Source: TPA_inf: Saccharomyces (taxonomy: Eukaryota). From it: 64,000 nucleotides of DNA. Position numbers and translations under genes: made by a program. The stretch is taken from positions 992,001 to 1,056,000 of the forward strand of contig BK006941.2 in the NCBI GenBank assembly GCA_000146045.2. Reading direction: 5' to 3'. Below the pieces are notes generated by a model. It made no database searches, was not told the origin of the DNA, and saw only the letters and a program-made list of their open reading frames with translations. Below are positions 45,800-56,464 of this stretch, in pieces; the stretch's first letter is position 1, and every line of letters begins with the position of its first letter.

Positions 45800-46501
45800 T
45801 TACTCAAAAAAGTCATCCTTTTCATCTTCTCCCACAACTTGATCCAATTCTTTTCTATCCTGTGTAGGTGATACTTGTGATCCATCCTCATGATCTTTAT
45901 CAGGTGATAATGTTAATCCGATGGAATCTTCATCCAATTTCTTTCCCTTCAATATCTCTTCGAAAGATACGTTTAAGGTGTTCGCATCCATTCTTTCAGC
46001 TACTAATTTAAGAAATTGTTCTCTTCTAAGATTTGTCAATTCTACGCCCTTTGGGTCTGTAGATGGTGTATCATTCGGATATAGTGCAATATACTTTTCA
46101 GTTTTGGGAAAATTTATCACGTAACATAATTCAATTTTAGTGGCTCTCAACTTTTGTTGTAAATCTTTATCATCTGCGCCAGATTCTTTTATTTTCTTCA
46201 ATAATCTGTTATATTTTCTCAATGCTTTTTTTTTTTCAAAGAATCTCACCATATGATATTTTTTAGCGTTGGCTTTAATCTTATTCTTGAGTTCATTATT
46301 CTGCAATTCCAACCGTAAAGCTTGCAAATTTCTTTCCTTTTCTATTATTACTGTGGATGGAAGTATATCTTTCTTCTTTTTTAATAACCTCTCTAAATCT
46401 CTTATTCTTCTTTTAATTTTGTTTGTTCCTGCATCCATTATCTGGGACATCTCTAGAGATGACCCAAGAGCCTTGCTTCTCTTCCTCTGTAATTTAGCCA
46501 T
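45800..46501 (-). CDS. EFG1: Nucleolar protein needed for 18S rRNA maturation, coiled-coil, Lys-rich, 233 aa
   Basis: 233-aa basic coiled-coil protein. Position and length match YGR271C-A. Confidence 0.85.
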   Translation of the reverse strand: MAKLQRKRSKALGSSLEMSQIMDAGTNKIKRRIRDLERLLKKKKDILPSTVIIEKERNLQALRLELQNNELKNKIKANAKKYHMVRFFEKKKALRKYNRLLKKIKESGADDKDLQQKLRATKIELCYVINFPKTEKYIALYPNDTPSTDPKGVELTNLRREQFLKLVAERMDANTLNVSFEEILKGKKLDEDSIGLTLSPDKDHEDGSQVSPTQDRKELDQVVGEDEKDDFFE

Positions 46502-46580
46502 TGATTGATTAGGTTTATTGAATGATATAAGTAAAATAACTAAGTCACGATATTTGTTTTATGTATTGTTTAATTGTAGA

Positions 46581-46606
46581 GATGAGATGAGTATGAAAAT
46601 TTTTTT
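46581..46606. promoter_or_regulatory. PAC-core duplicate (GATGAGATGAG) plus an RRPE-like element (AAAATTTTTTT) in the EFG1 promoter
   Basis: These lie 80-105 bp upstream of the EFG1 ATG. The PAC match is to the core only, because the 5' GC of GCGATGAG is absent. RRPE consensus is AAAAATTTT. Confidence 0.4.
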
Positions 46607-46714
46607 GAATGTGTTTTTCTTAGTGCTCCGGCATAGGGTACCGCAGAAATTAAAGGAATACATATTTTTGAGCTTCAAGCACTTTTTATAATCTTAGCGT
46701 ACTTATCTTTATAT

Positions 46715-47239
46715 TCATCTGCAGAGTAACCGAGAAAGCCGTGATATGTGTCTTTTCTCCTTTTTTTTTTGGCTTTCCATAACTTTTTCTTCCAGTTGAG
46801 ATAAATTTATTGAAGCCTGTGAGTCTTGATTAATGACGGCAAATCCAGGTCTAGGTTTAAATCCCAACTTAGATGTTTCTAGCTCTTGCAACCAGCGGGG
46901 ATCTTTTGTTATGGAGTATTCAAATCCACGTATTGTATCCAATGGCCTTTCATTTCTTGCTCTTGTAGGATTTGAAATATCAGGTGTTTTTATATTCCTA
47001 CCAAATGTATCCTTCATGGATTTCAAATTTCCATCTTTATCGTAAATAACATAACCATTGCAAGTTGAGTTTTCTGTTAACGGATGTATCTTCTGTAAGT
47101 TAGAGAAAGTGGCTTCTTCAAAAGGCTGGGCTTCTTGAACAGCCTCGAGGATTGGAGCGGCCAAAGAAGAAGAGCGTAATTTAATTCTTGATGTATCATC
47201 ATCCTTTTCTATCTTATCTGAACTTTCGAAATGTTGCAT
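46715..47239 (-). CDS. YGR273C: Small protein of unknown function, 174 aa
   Basis: 174-aa ORF in the expected position between EFG1 and TAF1. I recognise no motif. Confidence 0.8.
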   Translation of the reverse strand: MQHFESSDKIEKDDDTSRIKLRSSSLAAPILEAVQEAQPFEEATFSNLQKIHPLTENSTCNGYVIYDKDGNLKSMKDTFGRNIKTPDISNPTRARNERPLDTIRGFEYSITKDPRWLQELETSKLGFKPRPGFAVINQDSQASINLSQLEEKVMESQKKKEKRHISRLSRLLCR

Positions 47240-47894
47240 TTTTTGATAAACTATGATTTTAGAGCACTTCAGATATTACTTTAGGAAACTTTTGCTTTAA
47301 TATTCTTAACATTATAAAATTGACGACAGCATCACACTTTTGAGTGCGTCACAAATGCATATAAATGAAAAAAGGTAACTTAGTTGAGGAAAAAATAGAC
47401 ACAAATTAAAATTTTGATATAATTATAGTAATAAAACTACATAAATCATATTATATTTATCAAGACAAACAGGTTACTATAGGGAAAAAGATTAAATTTT
47501 GAGTAAGAATTTGCTTTTGTAAAGGAAAAGAGCAACCAGTATGAAAAATGCATATTAGGGAACCTTTTCTGCTATTGTCCTTTATGTTTTAACCTCTGTG
47601 ATTTCCAATCAGACTGGAAAAATACAAGCTTTAAATACTCGAGCACAAAGACAACAATTATTGTGTTTAATCAGTGAGTTGGGCTATATTAATGGAACTC
47701 AAATAATATGCACTTTTCATCTTACTGCAAAAGTGCACATTCACACACCACGTCCATCGTTTAAGGATATGACTCAATAAATTATCAATCTGATCACTGC
47801 CAGTGTTTAGAAACATAGTGTACATTTCTTTATTGTTACATTATACAAAACCTTTACAAAAGTTTTATTCGATCAATACATCGTTATACTGAAT

Positions 47895-50800
47895 CTACTT
47901 TGGTGAAGCAGGGTTATCTTTACTGCTATACATTGGACAAGATTTATTTGTTCTAATGTGCCCGATTTGTCCGCATGTAGCACATCTCCTTGTAGTGTTC
48001 TTACCTTTATTCCTGGCTGCTTTCCCGTCAGTTACACCGGCAAGGTCGCTACCATTATCCACAGAGTTTTCTGTTCTCGTGGCACCACCATTTCTCTTCG
48101 AATTTTGCCTTGCTGCTCTACGTTGCTGTGATTTTTCCAAATTAGCTAATTCTAGTTGCAACAGTTTTTTCTGTTTCTCAAGTTCTTCCAAGTTATTTAT
48201 CTTTGAAGTGTCCTCCTCTAACAATTTGTTAACATCTTCTTTATCCTGTTCTTTGATTTTTATATATCCTTGAATGACCCTAGGATCTCTTATGAAAATT
48301 GTCTGCCTTTGAATTATACCATTTTCATCTCTTTTCTTTCTAACAATCTTCAGAATTTTCTTATCATCTCTATCCGTCTTAACATGCTTGTTGGTCTGAT
48401 TAATCTCATCAGGATTGGTCATTTCCTCAAAAGGATTGCTTATGCTCAACGATTTTGTATGTGTATACCAGGTCTTCGCAATTTCTTCGTCGTAAGCTTT
48501 TTGCTGTTGAGCCACATTGTAGCTATGCGTGTTAGTGCCTTTTTTGTTTGAACTATTGTTATTACTGGAAGGAGAACCAGACTTAACAAAACCACCTTTC
48601 ATTGAAGTTTTCAAGAAAGAAAAACCTTCACCACAGCCCGTTGGGTCACCAACACCATGTATTTGTATCATAGCTCGCATTTGTGTTGAATTAATAAAAT
48701 TTTTTGTAATGTTCCATGGTAACAAGTTTTCTTCTAGAGATTTTAGCTTAGAATCAAAATTATATGCTTCATTATCTTCTTGGAATTGTAAGCCCTGACT
48801 CATTGATTCAACTTGGCTGATCTGCTCTGGCGTAATTAAACTTTTCACTGCTTCATTGTCTAACAATTTTTCATCATCTTTAAGCCTCCACAGACCTTTT
48901 TCAGGACCATCTCTTTGATATTTCATGAACTCCTTCACTTTTTGTCTGTTTTGTCCATAATCTTGGTCGGGAAAGTGCTTTGCAATGGGATCAATAGAAA
49001 TTGCCTTGCTGTGATTATGGTTTAGAATTCTATAAATAATCATTTTCAGTCTTGTAGCTTTCATTGATGTCACCTTTCTTGAATTAGGTCCGGGAATCTC
49101 CTCGACAGGAAAAGTTTGTCCAACCGTAAAAAGATGGTTAATATTACGTAAGTAAAATCGATTGCTTATACCAAATCCGGAACTTTTTGTCAGAAGAAAA
49201 TCTGTTCCTGATATATCATGTTTGAAAACGGGTGCTCTAATCATGTTATTGTATAATGTGGGGACGATATGACCAGGTTCAACAAATCCAAAGTTCCAAA
49301 ATGGTGATTTGTCTTGAACTCCCAAAACGTGAGTTTCGCCAACAGGCAATTTGGGCCTTAGAGTATCTTGTTCATTGGCTTTCCGATAATAATTAATTAA
49401 TTTATTGGCCATACCAAATTTAGACAAAGCTACCGGTGTTTGTTCAGAATATTCCATTAAATAAACAGGAGCAGTATCCCCGATGGTTAGATCTTGAGAT
49501 GTAGAAAATGATTCTTTGACATCTTTACCTTTATCTCTTTTCCTTTTACGCGCTTTTAACTTACTGAAGACAATTTTAGTACCTGGTCTGATGTGCGAAC
49601 CAAAGTTTTCACGGTGGAAATGCCTCAACTGGTATCTAGGAACAGCCACTTTGTAAAATGGAGATTGTAAATTAATCGCAGGTTGAGAATGCTGAATATT
49701 TAAGTTCGAGATGGTAGAACGAACTTTTGTTTGATGGGTTTTTTTCAAGATTTGATATTTATCATCATTAGATAAATTGAATTTTTGTTGCAAAATAGTT
49801 TCGTTGAGGGGCAATATCAAGTTACTACTATCCAGTTGTTGCTTTTGCTGCGCTAAATTATTTGTTTTCTCAATCATCAGCAACAGTTTTTCGTCATTCA
49901 TATTTAATTCAGCATGTTTAGACTCTTTCAATTTTGCATCAATGATCATGTCTTCATCCCACTGCCAATCTTCAGCAACATCCTCAATCAAGCTCTTCAA
50001 TTTATAACCGCCGGAGAACTTTAAGTTGGGTGTCATAGACGAATCCGCCAAGGTTGCTGTTGATGAAGTACCTTGGTTGATGATTTTTTCTTGGTCCCAA
50101 TCATCAGTGGCAATAAGCAAGTCTTCCGATATGGTCTTTTCATCATGAATAATCTTTCTTTTTTTTTGTTGCTCTTTGATAGGGAAAAGTTCATCAATGG
50201 AAACATGAATTAAACCTCTTCGGGATGCAGAAGAGTTACTTTGAAGTAAATTGTTTTTCCCTTGATAAATCGGAGCGACGTAAGATATTGTCCTTGAGTT
50301 GAATAGCCTCTTATCATCCTGTTGAACCTTGAATTTCAAATTTAAAGGCATAAACGGTTTCTTTACCCTAGATATTTCACTGTGCCAATGATAAGGAACA
50401 GATCTTCTATAAATCAGCTTGTTCCATTTTAAAATTTTACCCTTTTCAAAATCAGGAAAGTATTTTTTTAGAAGATACTTCTCATGGTTTATCAAGTCTA
50501 ATTTGGTGGCTTTCTTATGCTTGCCATCTGACATATCTGGTTCCATGATAAATCCACCATTTATCGACATATCATTTCCATTAACGCCACCAATGGAAAG
50601 TTGAGAATGCCCAATTTCATTTGCGCCACTACCATCAAGAACTCCAGTTTCAGTGGCGAGATGAATTTCATTTGCATCCATTCCCATAAACAAAGCATTG
50701 CTAGTTGCGGGAGTACCCCCATCATCCTCCAAAATAAACTGTTGAGACAAATCACCATTAATTTCAGGCAGTTGCATATTCAAACTATTTGAGTCGATAC

Positions 50801-51095
50801 CGAGTACGGCACCGTTCTCGTTTACATCATCATACGCGCCCATAGTCATCATAGCTGGATGCAAATTAGCATCAGATTCTTCTGGCAAATCGTCATCGTC
50901 ATCAGCAAGTTCATCTTCATCTTCAAAATCTACAGCATCCGGCAAATGCTCCGTATAGTCCTTTGAATTGGCACCTTCATCCCCGCCAATGTATGACCCG
51001 ATTTCTAAAGAGCCAAACTCTCCGCCAAAAATAGCTTCATATGCTTCATCTTCGTTGGCCAAGTTGGTCTTGCCGGATCCCTGCTGCTTTACCAT
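47895..51095 (-). CDS. TAF1: TFIID largest subunit (TAF1/TAF145), 1066 aa
   Basis: 1066-aa ORF with an acidic N-terminal TAND region and a C-terminal CCHC zinc knuckle (CATCGQIGHIRTNKSCP). Length matches YGR274C. Confidence 0.93.
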   Translation of the reverse strand: MVKQQGSGKTNLANEDEAYEAIFGGEFGSLEIGSYIGGDEGANSKDYTEHLPDAVDFEDEDELADDDDDLPEESDANLHPAMMTMGAYDDVNENGAVLGIDSNSLNMQLPEINGDLSQQFILEDDGGTPATSNALFMGMDANEIHLATETGVLDGSGANEIGHSQLSIGGVNGNDMSINGGFIMEPDMSDGKHKKATKLDLINHEKYLLKKYFPDFEKGKILKWNKLIYRRSVPYHWHSEISRVKKPFMPLNLKFKVQQDDKRLFNSRTISYVAPIYQGKNNLLQSNSSASRRGLIHVSIDELFPIKEQQKKRKIIHDEKTISEDLLIATDDWDQEKIINQGTSSTATLADSSMTPNLKFSGGYKLKSLIEDVAEDWQWDEDMIIDAKLKESKHAELNMNDEKLLLMIEKTNNLAQQKQQLDSSNLILPLNETILQQKFNLSNDDKYQILKKTHQTKVRSTISNLNIQHSQPAINLQSPFYKVAVPRYQLRHFHRENFGSHIRPGTKIVFSKLKARKRKRDKGKDVKESFSTSQDLTIGDTAPVYLMEYSEQTPVALSKFGMANKLINYYRKANEQDTLRPKLPVGETHVLGVQDKSPFWNFGFVEPGHIVPTLYNNMIRAPVFKHDISGTDFLLTKSSGFGISNRFYLRNINHLFTVGQTFPVEEIPGPNSRKVTSMKATRLKMIIYRILNHNHSKAISIDPIAKHFPDQDYGQNRQKVKEFMKYQRDGPEKGLWRLKDDEKLLDNEAVKSLITPEQISQVESMSQGLQFQEDNEAYNFDSKLKSLEENLLPWNITKNFINSTQMRAMIQIHGVGDPTGCGEGFSFLKTSMKGGFVKSGSPSSNNNSSNKKGTNTHSYNVAQQQKAYDEEIAKTWYTHTKSLSISNPFEEMTNPDEINQTNKHVKTDRDDKKILKIVRKKRDENGIIQRQTIFIRDPRVIQGYIKIKEQDKEDVNKLLEEDTSKINNLEELEKQKKLLQLELANLEKSQQRRAARQNSKRNGGATRTENSVDNGSDLAGVTDGKAARNKGKNTTRRCATCGQIGHIRTNKSCPMYSSKDNPASPK

Positions 51096-51275
51096 ATCGC
51101 CTTATACTCCTGTTGTACTTCTTTTTCTCTCTGTGTTTAAAATGCTATTTATTCTCTTAAAAGCACATTTGAAAACCATCGCCGCGAAATGAAATTATCG
51201 ACTAGTTTATTAATGAACAAGGCGATAAAACCTAATGTTGGAAAGAAAGAGCTACGTCAGCAAGAGATAGAGAAA

Positions 51276-51749
51276 ATGGACCCACAGACGCTCATTACTA
51301 AGGCCAATAAGGTTTCTTACTATGGCAACCCTACGAGTAAGGAATCATGGAGGTATGATTGGTACCAACCATCTAAGGTGAGCTCCAATGTGCAGCAACC
51401 ACAACAACAGCTAGGGGACATGGAGAATAACTTGGAGAAATATCCATTCAGGTATAAAACATGGTTGAGGAACCAGGAAGATGAGAAAAATCTACAGAGG
51501 GAGAGCTGTGAGGATATATTAGATTTGAAAGAATTTGATAGAAGAATACTGAAAAAGTCGTTGATGACATCGCACACTAAGGGTGATACAAGTAAGGCCA
51601 CCGGTGCTCCTTCTGCTAATCAAGGAGATGAAGCTCTTAGTGTGGATGATATAAGAGGCGCTGTCGGTAATAGTGAAGCCATTCCTGGGTTATCTGCGGG
51701 AGTGAACAATGATAATACAAAGGAGAGTAAAGATGTGAAAATGAATTAA
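51276..51749 (+). CDS. RTT102: Shared subunit of the SWI/SNF and RSC chromatin remodelers, 157 aa
   Basis: The track ORF starts 29 codons upstream. Using the ATG at 51276 (MDPQTLITKANK...) gives 157 aa, matching YGR275W. Confidence 0.85.
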   Translation: MDPQTLITKANKVSYYGNPTSKESWRYDWYQPSKVSSNVQQPQQQLGDMENNLEKYPFRYKTWLRNQEDEKNLQRESCEDILDLKEFDRRILKKSLMTSHTKGDTSKATGAPSANQGDEALSVDDIRGAVGNSEAIPGLSAGVNNDNTKESKDVKMN

Positions 51750-51763
51750 AAGGAAAAGTATTA

Positions 51764-51766
<3 letters not shown>

Positions 51767-51796
<30 letters not shown>
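51767..51796. repeat. (AT)15 microsatellite between the convergent stop codons of RTT102 and RNH70
   Basis: A perfect 30-bp AT dinucleotide run inside the 69-bp spacer between the two genes. Confidence 0.9.
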
Positions 51797-51804
<8 letters not shown>

Positions 51805-51818
51805 TTATACACATAGAA

Positions 51819-53480
51819 TTATTTTACAGTAAAGGATGCTACACCACCCCGGGCTAACTTTATGGCTTCTACTATTTCAGGTTCCCTTTCGCGTCTTTTA
51901 TCTAATCTTTCCTTTTTGTCTTGAATAAACTCTAACTCAGTTGAAAGATTGTTCCATGGTCTTGTGTCGCCTGTACCCGACATGATCAAAATCATAGTAC
52001 CTGGTGTAGCATTCTCGTATAATTGTGTTAGATGTTGCCCTATATCATGAAGAACCATGGACGCATCGAACGAAGGAGTTTCCTTCCGTGGCTTTTTATT
52101 ATAGTTGCGTGACCTCTCTAAGTTCTTGATTCTCCCCACAATAAGTTTGACATCTTTATTTAGATTCTCGTGAATATGGGTCCATGTCTCATCATCTTCG
52201 ACGCAACGGATTAACTGGCCCTTAGAATCGTCCTCAGTATGATTTTTAATAATCATATCGTTGAGAAGAACGGTTTTCACTTCAAAACGATGTAATTTGG
52301 TGAACAAGTTCTCCGTATTGATACCTATCCCAAATGCTAACCCATTTAAGATTTTTAATTTCGTCAATTCAAGACAAGCCCTTGCATCTTCGACAGAATC
52401 GTGTTCTCCGTTTTGAATGCTTTTATTCAGAAAGGTTTCGCTCAAGTATTTTAAACTTGGCTTGAAAGGATCGCCAGCTTTATGATGGTATATAATAGCT
52501 GTATCCACGACCAATGGATGTTTCAATTTCATGACTTTCAAATCATTCTGTAGCGAATGTCCTATCAAAATATCTGAACGACTTATTATCTTTAGTAAAT
52601 CTTTTTGTACTTCTCGCAATGTTTTCTTGGCACCAACAGTTAGTTTCTCTTCAGTTATACCACTGTAACGTGTCAAATAGTCCACTATGGGGACATCAGG
52701 TTTCACCAACTCTTCATAGATAACTTCATTGTCAAAATTCACTAGAGAAATCCTAGTTAGAACTAAACCTTGTTCGGAAAGACACATTTCACAGTCTAGT
52801 GCAAAGATGTGGGAGCCACCATGGGTAAAGTCAACAGTTTGTACCCAGTCTGTATCAAAATTGGTGTCTCCAGAATCCAGTGGGTAATCGTTTGCCACTA
52901 ACTGTTGTTCGGATAGAACCAAATCGTTAATAGTAATTTTCTTCTTCTTTTGTAACTCTTTCAATTTATTTATTTTCTCCATTTTGGACAATCCAACATT
53001 AATAAATGAATTGTAGGGCGAAAAGAGCGTCATCTTGGAACCAGGTGCCATCACGGGAAATGTATGAAACGTGGAGGCAATTTCTCCAGGAATATATTTG
53101 AAGTTATCATCACTGATTTCATTAAAGGTATTTTTTCCGTTCTCAAAATCATCTGGTTGTAAACCTGGAATGAACAGAACTATCATTTTCTGTAAACTTG
53201 ACCTGTTACAAATATCAATCCATTTGGGAGAGTTGTTTTCAGCCTGCAACAAGTATTGAGTCATGTCTCTTACATCCTTTATACCAATACCTTTTTCAAC
53301 CACAGACTTTAGCAATGTGCATGTCATAGGCTTTGCCTTTTTTTTCTTCTTATTCTTATTCACTTCCGATACCACATTTGTATGATCATCCTCTTGTACA
53401 GAAGTCTTGGATAACCTTCTTTTCTTTGATCCCAAAGCCAAATCACTCACGAAGTTAGTGTCAGGCCCTTCTACTTGCAT
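51819..53480 (-). CDS. RNH70: DEDDh 3'-5' exoribonuclease (RNase H70 / Rex1), 553 aa
   Basis: An exonuclease domain in the C-terminal half, with the DEDDh Exo I segment (ALDCEMC) and the later catalytic histidine (EHDSVEDA). Length matches YGR276C. Confidence 0.9.
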   Translation of the reverse strand: MQVEGPDTNFVSDLALGSKKRRLSKTSVQEDDHTNVVSEVNKNKKKKKAKPMTCTLLKSVVEKGIGIKDVRDMTQYLLQAENNSPKWIDICNRSSLQKMIVLFIPGLQPDDFENGKNTFNEISDDNFKYIPGEIASTFHTFPVMAPGSKMTLFSPYNSFINVGLSKMEKINKLKELQKKKKITINDLVLSEQQLVANDYPLDSGDTNFDTDWVQTVDFTHGGSHIFALDCEMCLSEQGLVLTRISLVNFDNEVIYEELVKPDVPIVDYLTRYSGITEEKLTVGAKKTLREVQKDLLKIISRSDILIGHSLQNDLKVMKLKHPLVVDTAIIYHHKAGDPFKPSLKYLSETFLNKSIQNGEHDSVEDARACLELTKLKILNGLAFGIGINTENLFTKLHRFEVKTVLLNDMIIKNHTEDDSKGQLIRCVEDDETWTHIHENLNKDVKLIVGRIKNLERSRNYNKKPRKETPSFDASMVLHDIGQHLTQLYENATPGTMILIMSGTGDTRPWNNLSTELEFIQDKKERLDKRREREPEIVEAIKLARGGVASFTVK

Positions 53481-53643
53481 GTTTGCCTGAGTATAGTCTA
53501 TTATTGTTTTCTTCCTCAGTCATCCTTGGTATTGCCATCGAGCAAAAATCTTCCCTCCATTTCTATTGTGTCCTCGCGCCACTTATAAAATACTAACAAT
53601 AAAATAATAGTGAACTACAACAATAAAATATACAAAAATATGT

Positions 53644-54561
53644 TTATACGCAAGGGTTTTGTGGAGTGCACGTTGGCGAAGCAGAGGACTTAAGTAGGCG
53701 TCTGATTTCCGTGCTGCTTAACTTCTCGCTCCAGCCGTCTTCCTCCCTTCCTCCAAGTACATTAACCACATGTACTGCCAATGGGCTCATGCCTTTTTCA
53801 ATCCTAGTCTTATTCACAGTCTCTGCCCCACTGACGGTTTCTCTACTCACAACTAAACATTCTATCTCGGGTACTTTCCCTGTGGGGCCGCACACGTCCC
53901 TTAAGGGAACTAGTTCTACGGAGAGATCCGGTTTTAACAACTTGATGAATTGATGTACGTGCCTGCATCGTGTATCATAAGGTTCAATCAACTCTTTGTA
54001 TTTCTTGTTTTGCAAGAGCTCATCGCACGTAATTCCACAAATTAACCTTTGTGACGTGATGAATGTAGAGACGCTCAACAATATTTTATGTCCATCGTGA
54101 ATGTGGTCGAACGTTCCGCCCAATGCGGTGACATGAAATTTGTTAGCATCTTTGGGACCTTCTATCTCTTCCATTATATTATCGTGTAATGCATAATGTT
54201 CTATACTATGGTATTGTCCTTGTCCCAACTCTAGCTTCCAAGTTTCAAAAGTGGATTCCTGTGGCAATAAAACCACTTTCCATTGCAAATTACTCTCGAC
54301 GAAATGAATATTGTTGAATATGATGTTGATTCCGCTGTTGATCATTCCATAGCCCAAAAGGACATCCCTGGTAATACTGTACATCTTCCCTAGCGCAGAA
54401 TCCAACTGGAATGAGGTTTTGAATTCAGGTACAATCACGATGTCTAGTTGACTTTGACATTCTCTTAAGAACGGAATAGTTTGCCCTATAATCCTCTGCA
54501 AAGTAGCACTAGGCGGTGTATAAGGAAGAACAATCAAAACTCTGGAATTTTCCTCAACCAT
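53644..54561 (-). CDS. CAB4: Pantetheine-phosphate adenylyltransferase of CoA biosynthesis, 305 aa
   Basis: Cytidylyltransferase-like fold with the nucleotidyltransferase signature (GGTFDHIHDGH, close to the HxGH consensus). Length matches YGR277C. Confidence 0.88.
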   Translation of the reverse strand: MVEENSRVLIVLPYTPPSATLQRIIGQTIPFLRECQSQLDIVIVPEFKTSFQLDSALGKMYSITRDVLLGYGMINSGINIIFNNIHFVESNLQWKVVLLPQESTFETWKLELGQGQYHSIEHYALHDNIMEEIEGPKDANKFHVTALGGTFDHIHDGHKILLSVSTFITSQRLICGITCDELLQNKKYKELIEPYDTRCRHVHQFIKLLKPDLSVELVPLRDVCGPTGKVPEIECLVVSRETVSGAETVNKTRIEKGMSPLAVHVVNVLGGREEDGWSEKLSSTEIRRLLKSSASPTCTPQNPCV

Positions 54562-54730
54562 CTTACACTTCTTTACTTTAGATTTTTAGGTTTAATCACG
54601 TCTCTTTTTATGACGGTCCTTATTTTTATCTTTTTCCATTACGTACTCTTGAAAAATTATATTACACTGATATTTATTTTGGCATTGTGAGTAAGAAACC
54701 TAAAAAGGAATAAAAAGGCTACAAACCAGC

Positions 54731-56464
54731 ATGTCTACCGCTACCATACAGGATGAAGACATTAAATTTCAGAGAGAAAACTGGGAAATGATAAGGTCAC
54801 ACGTTTCACCCATAATATCCAATTTAACAATGGACAACTTACAGGAATCGCACAGAGACTTATTTCAAGTCAATATACTTATTGGCCGCAACATAATTTG
54901 TAAAAATGTTGTGGATTTTACTCTGAACAAACAGAATGGCAGGCTAATCCCTGCTTTATCCGCTTTGATTGCCTTGCTAAATTCTGATATTCCAGATATT
55001 GGAGAAACTTTAGCAAAAGAACTAATGTTAATGTTCGTGCAGCAATTCAATCGCAAAGATTACGTGTCCTGCGGAAATATCCTTCAATGTCTGTCCATTT
55101 TATTTCTTTATGATGTAATTCATGAAATCGTGATCTTACAGATTCTATTGCTACTCCTTGAAAAGAATTCTTTACGACTGGTCATTGCCGTGATGAAAAT
55201 ATGTGGCTGGAAACTTGCACTTGTCAGTAAGAAAACCCATGATATGATTTGGGAGAAGTTAAGATATATTTTGCAAACACAGGAGTTATCTAGTACACTA
55301 CGTGAGTCGTTAGAGACTCTGTTTGAAATAAGGCAAAAAGATTATAAATCTGGGTCTCAAGGTCTGTTTATATTGGACCCAACTAGTTACACAGTTCATA
55401 CGCACTCCTATATTGTTAGTGATGAGGATGAAGCCAACAAAGAACTGGGAAATTTTGAAAAGTGTGAAAATTTCAATGAACTAACCATGGCGTTTGATAC
55501 GCTACGACAGAAGCTGCTGATAAATAATACGTCCGACACAAATGAAGGTAGTAACAGTCAATTACAAATCTATGACATGACATCTACCAATGATGTCGAG
55601 TTTAAAAAGAAGATTTATTTGGTTCTGAAAAGTTCATTATCAGGTGACGAAGCGGCTCACAAATTGCTAAAATTAAAGATTGCGAACAATTTGAAAAAAA
55701 GCGTGGTAGATATAATCATCAAATCTAGTTTGCAGGAATCTACATTCTCTAAATTTTATTCTATTTTGTCCGAACGTATGATAACGTTCCACAGGAGTTG
55801 GCAGACAGCTTACAATGAAACTTTTGAGCAGAATTATACACAAGATATCGAAGATTATGAAACTGACCAACTGCGAATCTTAGGTAAGTTTTGGGGACAC
55901 TTAATATCTTATGAATTTCTTCCAATGGACTGTCTTAAGATAATTAAGTTAACTGAGGAAGAATCGTGTCCTCAAGGAAGAATTTTCATCAAATTTTTAT
56001 TTCAAGAGCTCGTAAATGAGCTCGGATTAGATGAGCTGCAATTAAGGCTAAACTCCAGCAAGCTTGACGGAATGTTTCCGCTGGAAGGAGACGCCGAACA
56101 TATAAGATACTCCATAAATTTCTTTACTGCCATAGGATTGGGCCTGCTCACAGAGGACATGAGAAGCCGGTTGACAATTATTCAAGAAGTTGAGGATGCA
56201 GAGGAAGAAGAAAAAAAATTGAGAGAAGAGGAGGAACTTGAAAAGTTACGGAAGAAGGCCAGAGAGTCACAACCAACCCAAGGGCCAAAAATTCACGAAT
56301 CCAGGTTATTTTTACAGAAGGACACCAGAGAAAATAGTAGATCAAGATCGCCATTCACAGTGGAAACAAGAAAACGTGCTAGATCCAGAACTCCACCAAG
56401 AGGATCGAGAAACCATCGTAACAGATCCAGGACTCCGCCTGCAAGAAGGCAACGGCATAGATGA
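54731..56464 (+). CDS. CWC22: Spliceosome component with MIF4G and MA3 domains and a C-terminal Arg/Ser-rich tail, 577 aa
   Basis: 577-aa ORF ending in an RS-like tail (SRSRSP...RSRTPPRGSRNHRNRSRTPPARRQRHR). Length matches YGR278W. Confidence 0.9.
   Translation: MSTATIQDEDIKFQRENWEMIRSHVSPIISNLTMDNLQESHRDLFQVNILIGRNIICKNVVDFTLNKQNGRLIPALSALIALLNSDIPDIGETLAKELMLMFVQQFNRKDYVSCGNILQCLSILFLYDVIHEIVILQILLLLLEKNSLRLVIAVMKICGWKLALVSKKTHDMIWEKLRYILQTQELSSTLRESLETLFEIRQKDYKSGSQGLFILDPTSYTVHTHSYIVSDEDEANKELGNFEKCENFNELTMAFDTLRQKLLINNTSDTNEGSNSQLQIYDMTSTNDVEFKKKIYLVLKSSLSGDEAAHKLLKLKIANNLKKSVVDIIIKSSLQESTFSKFYSILSERMITFHRSWQTAYNETFEQNYTQDIEDYETDQLRILGKFWGHLISYEFLPMDCLKIIKLTEEESCPQGRIFIKFLFQELVNELGLDELQLRLNSSKLDGMFPLEGDAEHIRYSINFFTAIGLGLLTEDMRSRLTIIQEVEDAEEEEKKLREEEELEKLRKKARESQPTQGPKIHESRLFLQKDTRENSRSRSPFTVETRKRARSRTPPRGSRNHRNRSRTPPARRQRHR

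Noticed and set aside
47770-47776. TGACTCA (Gcn4/AP-1-like site) about 530 bp upstream of YGR273C
   Set aside because: It is a single isolated heptamer, far from the ATG, and within the TAF1 3' region. It is expected by chance at this frequency.
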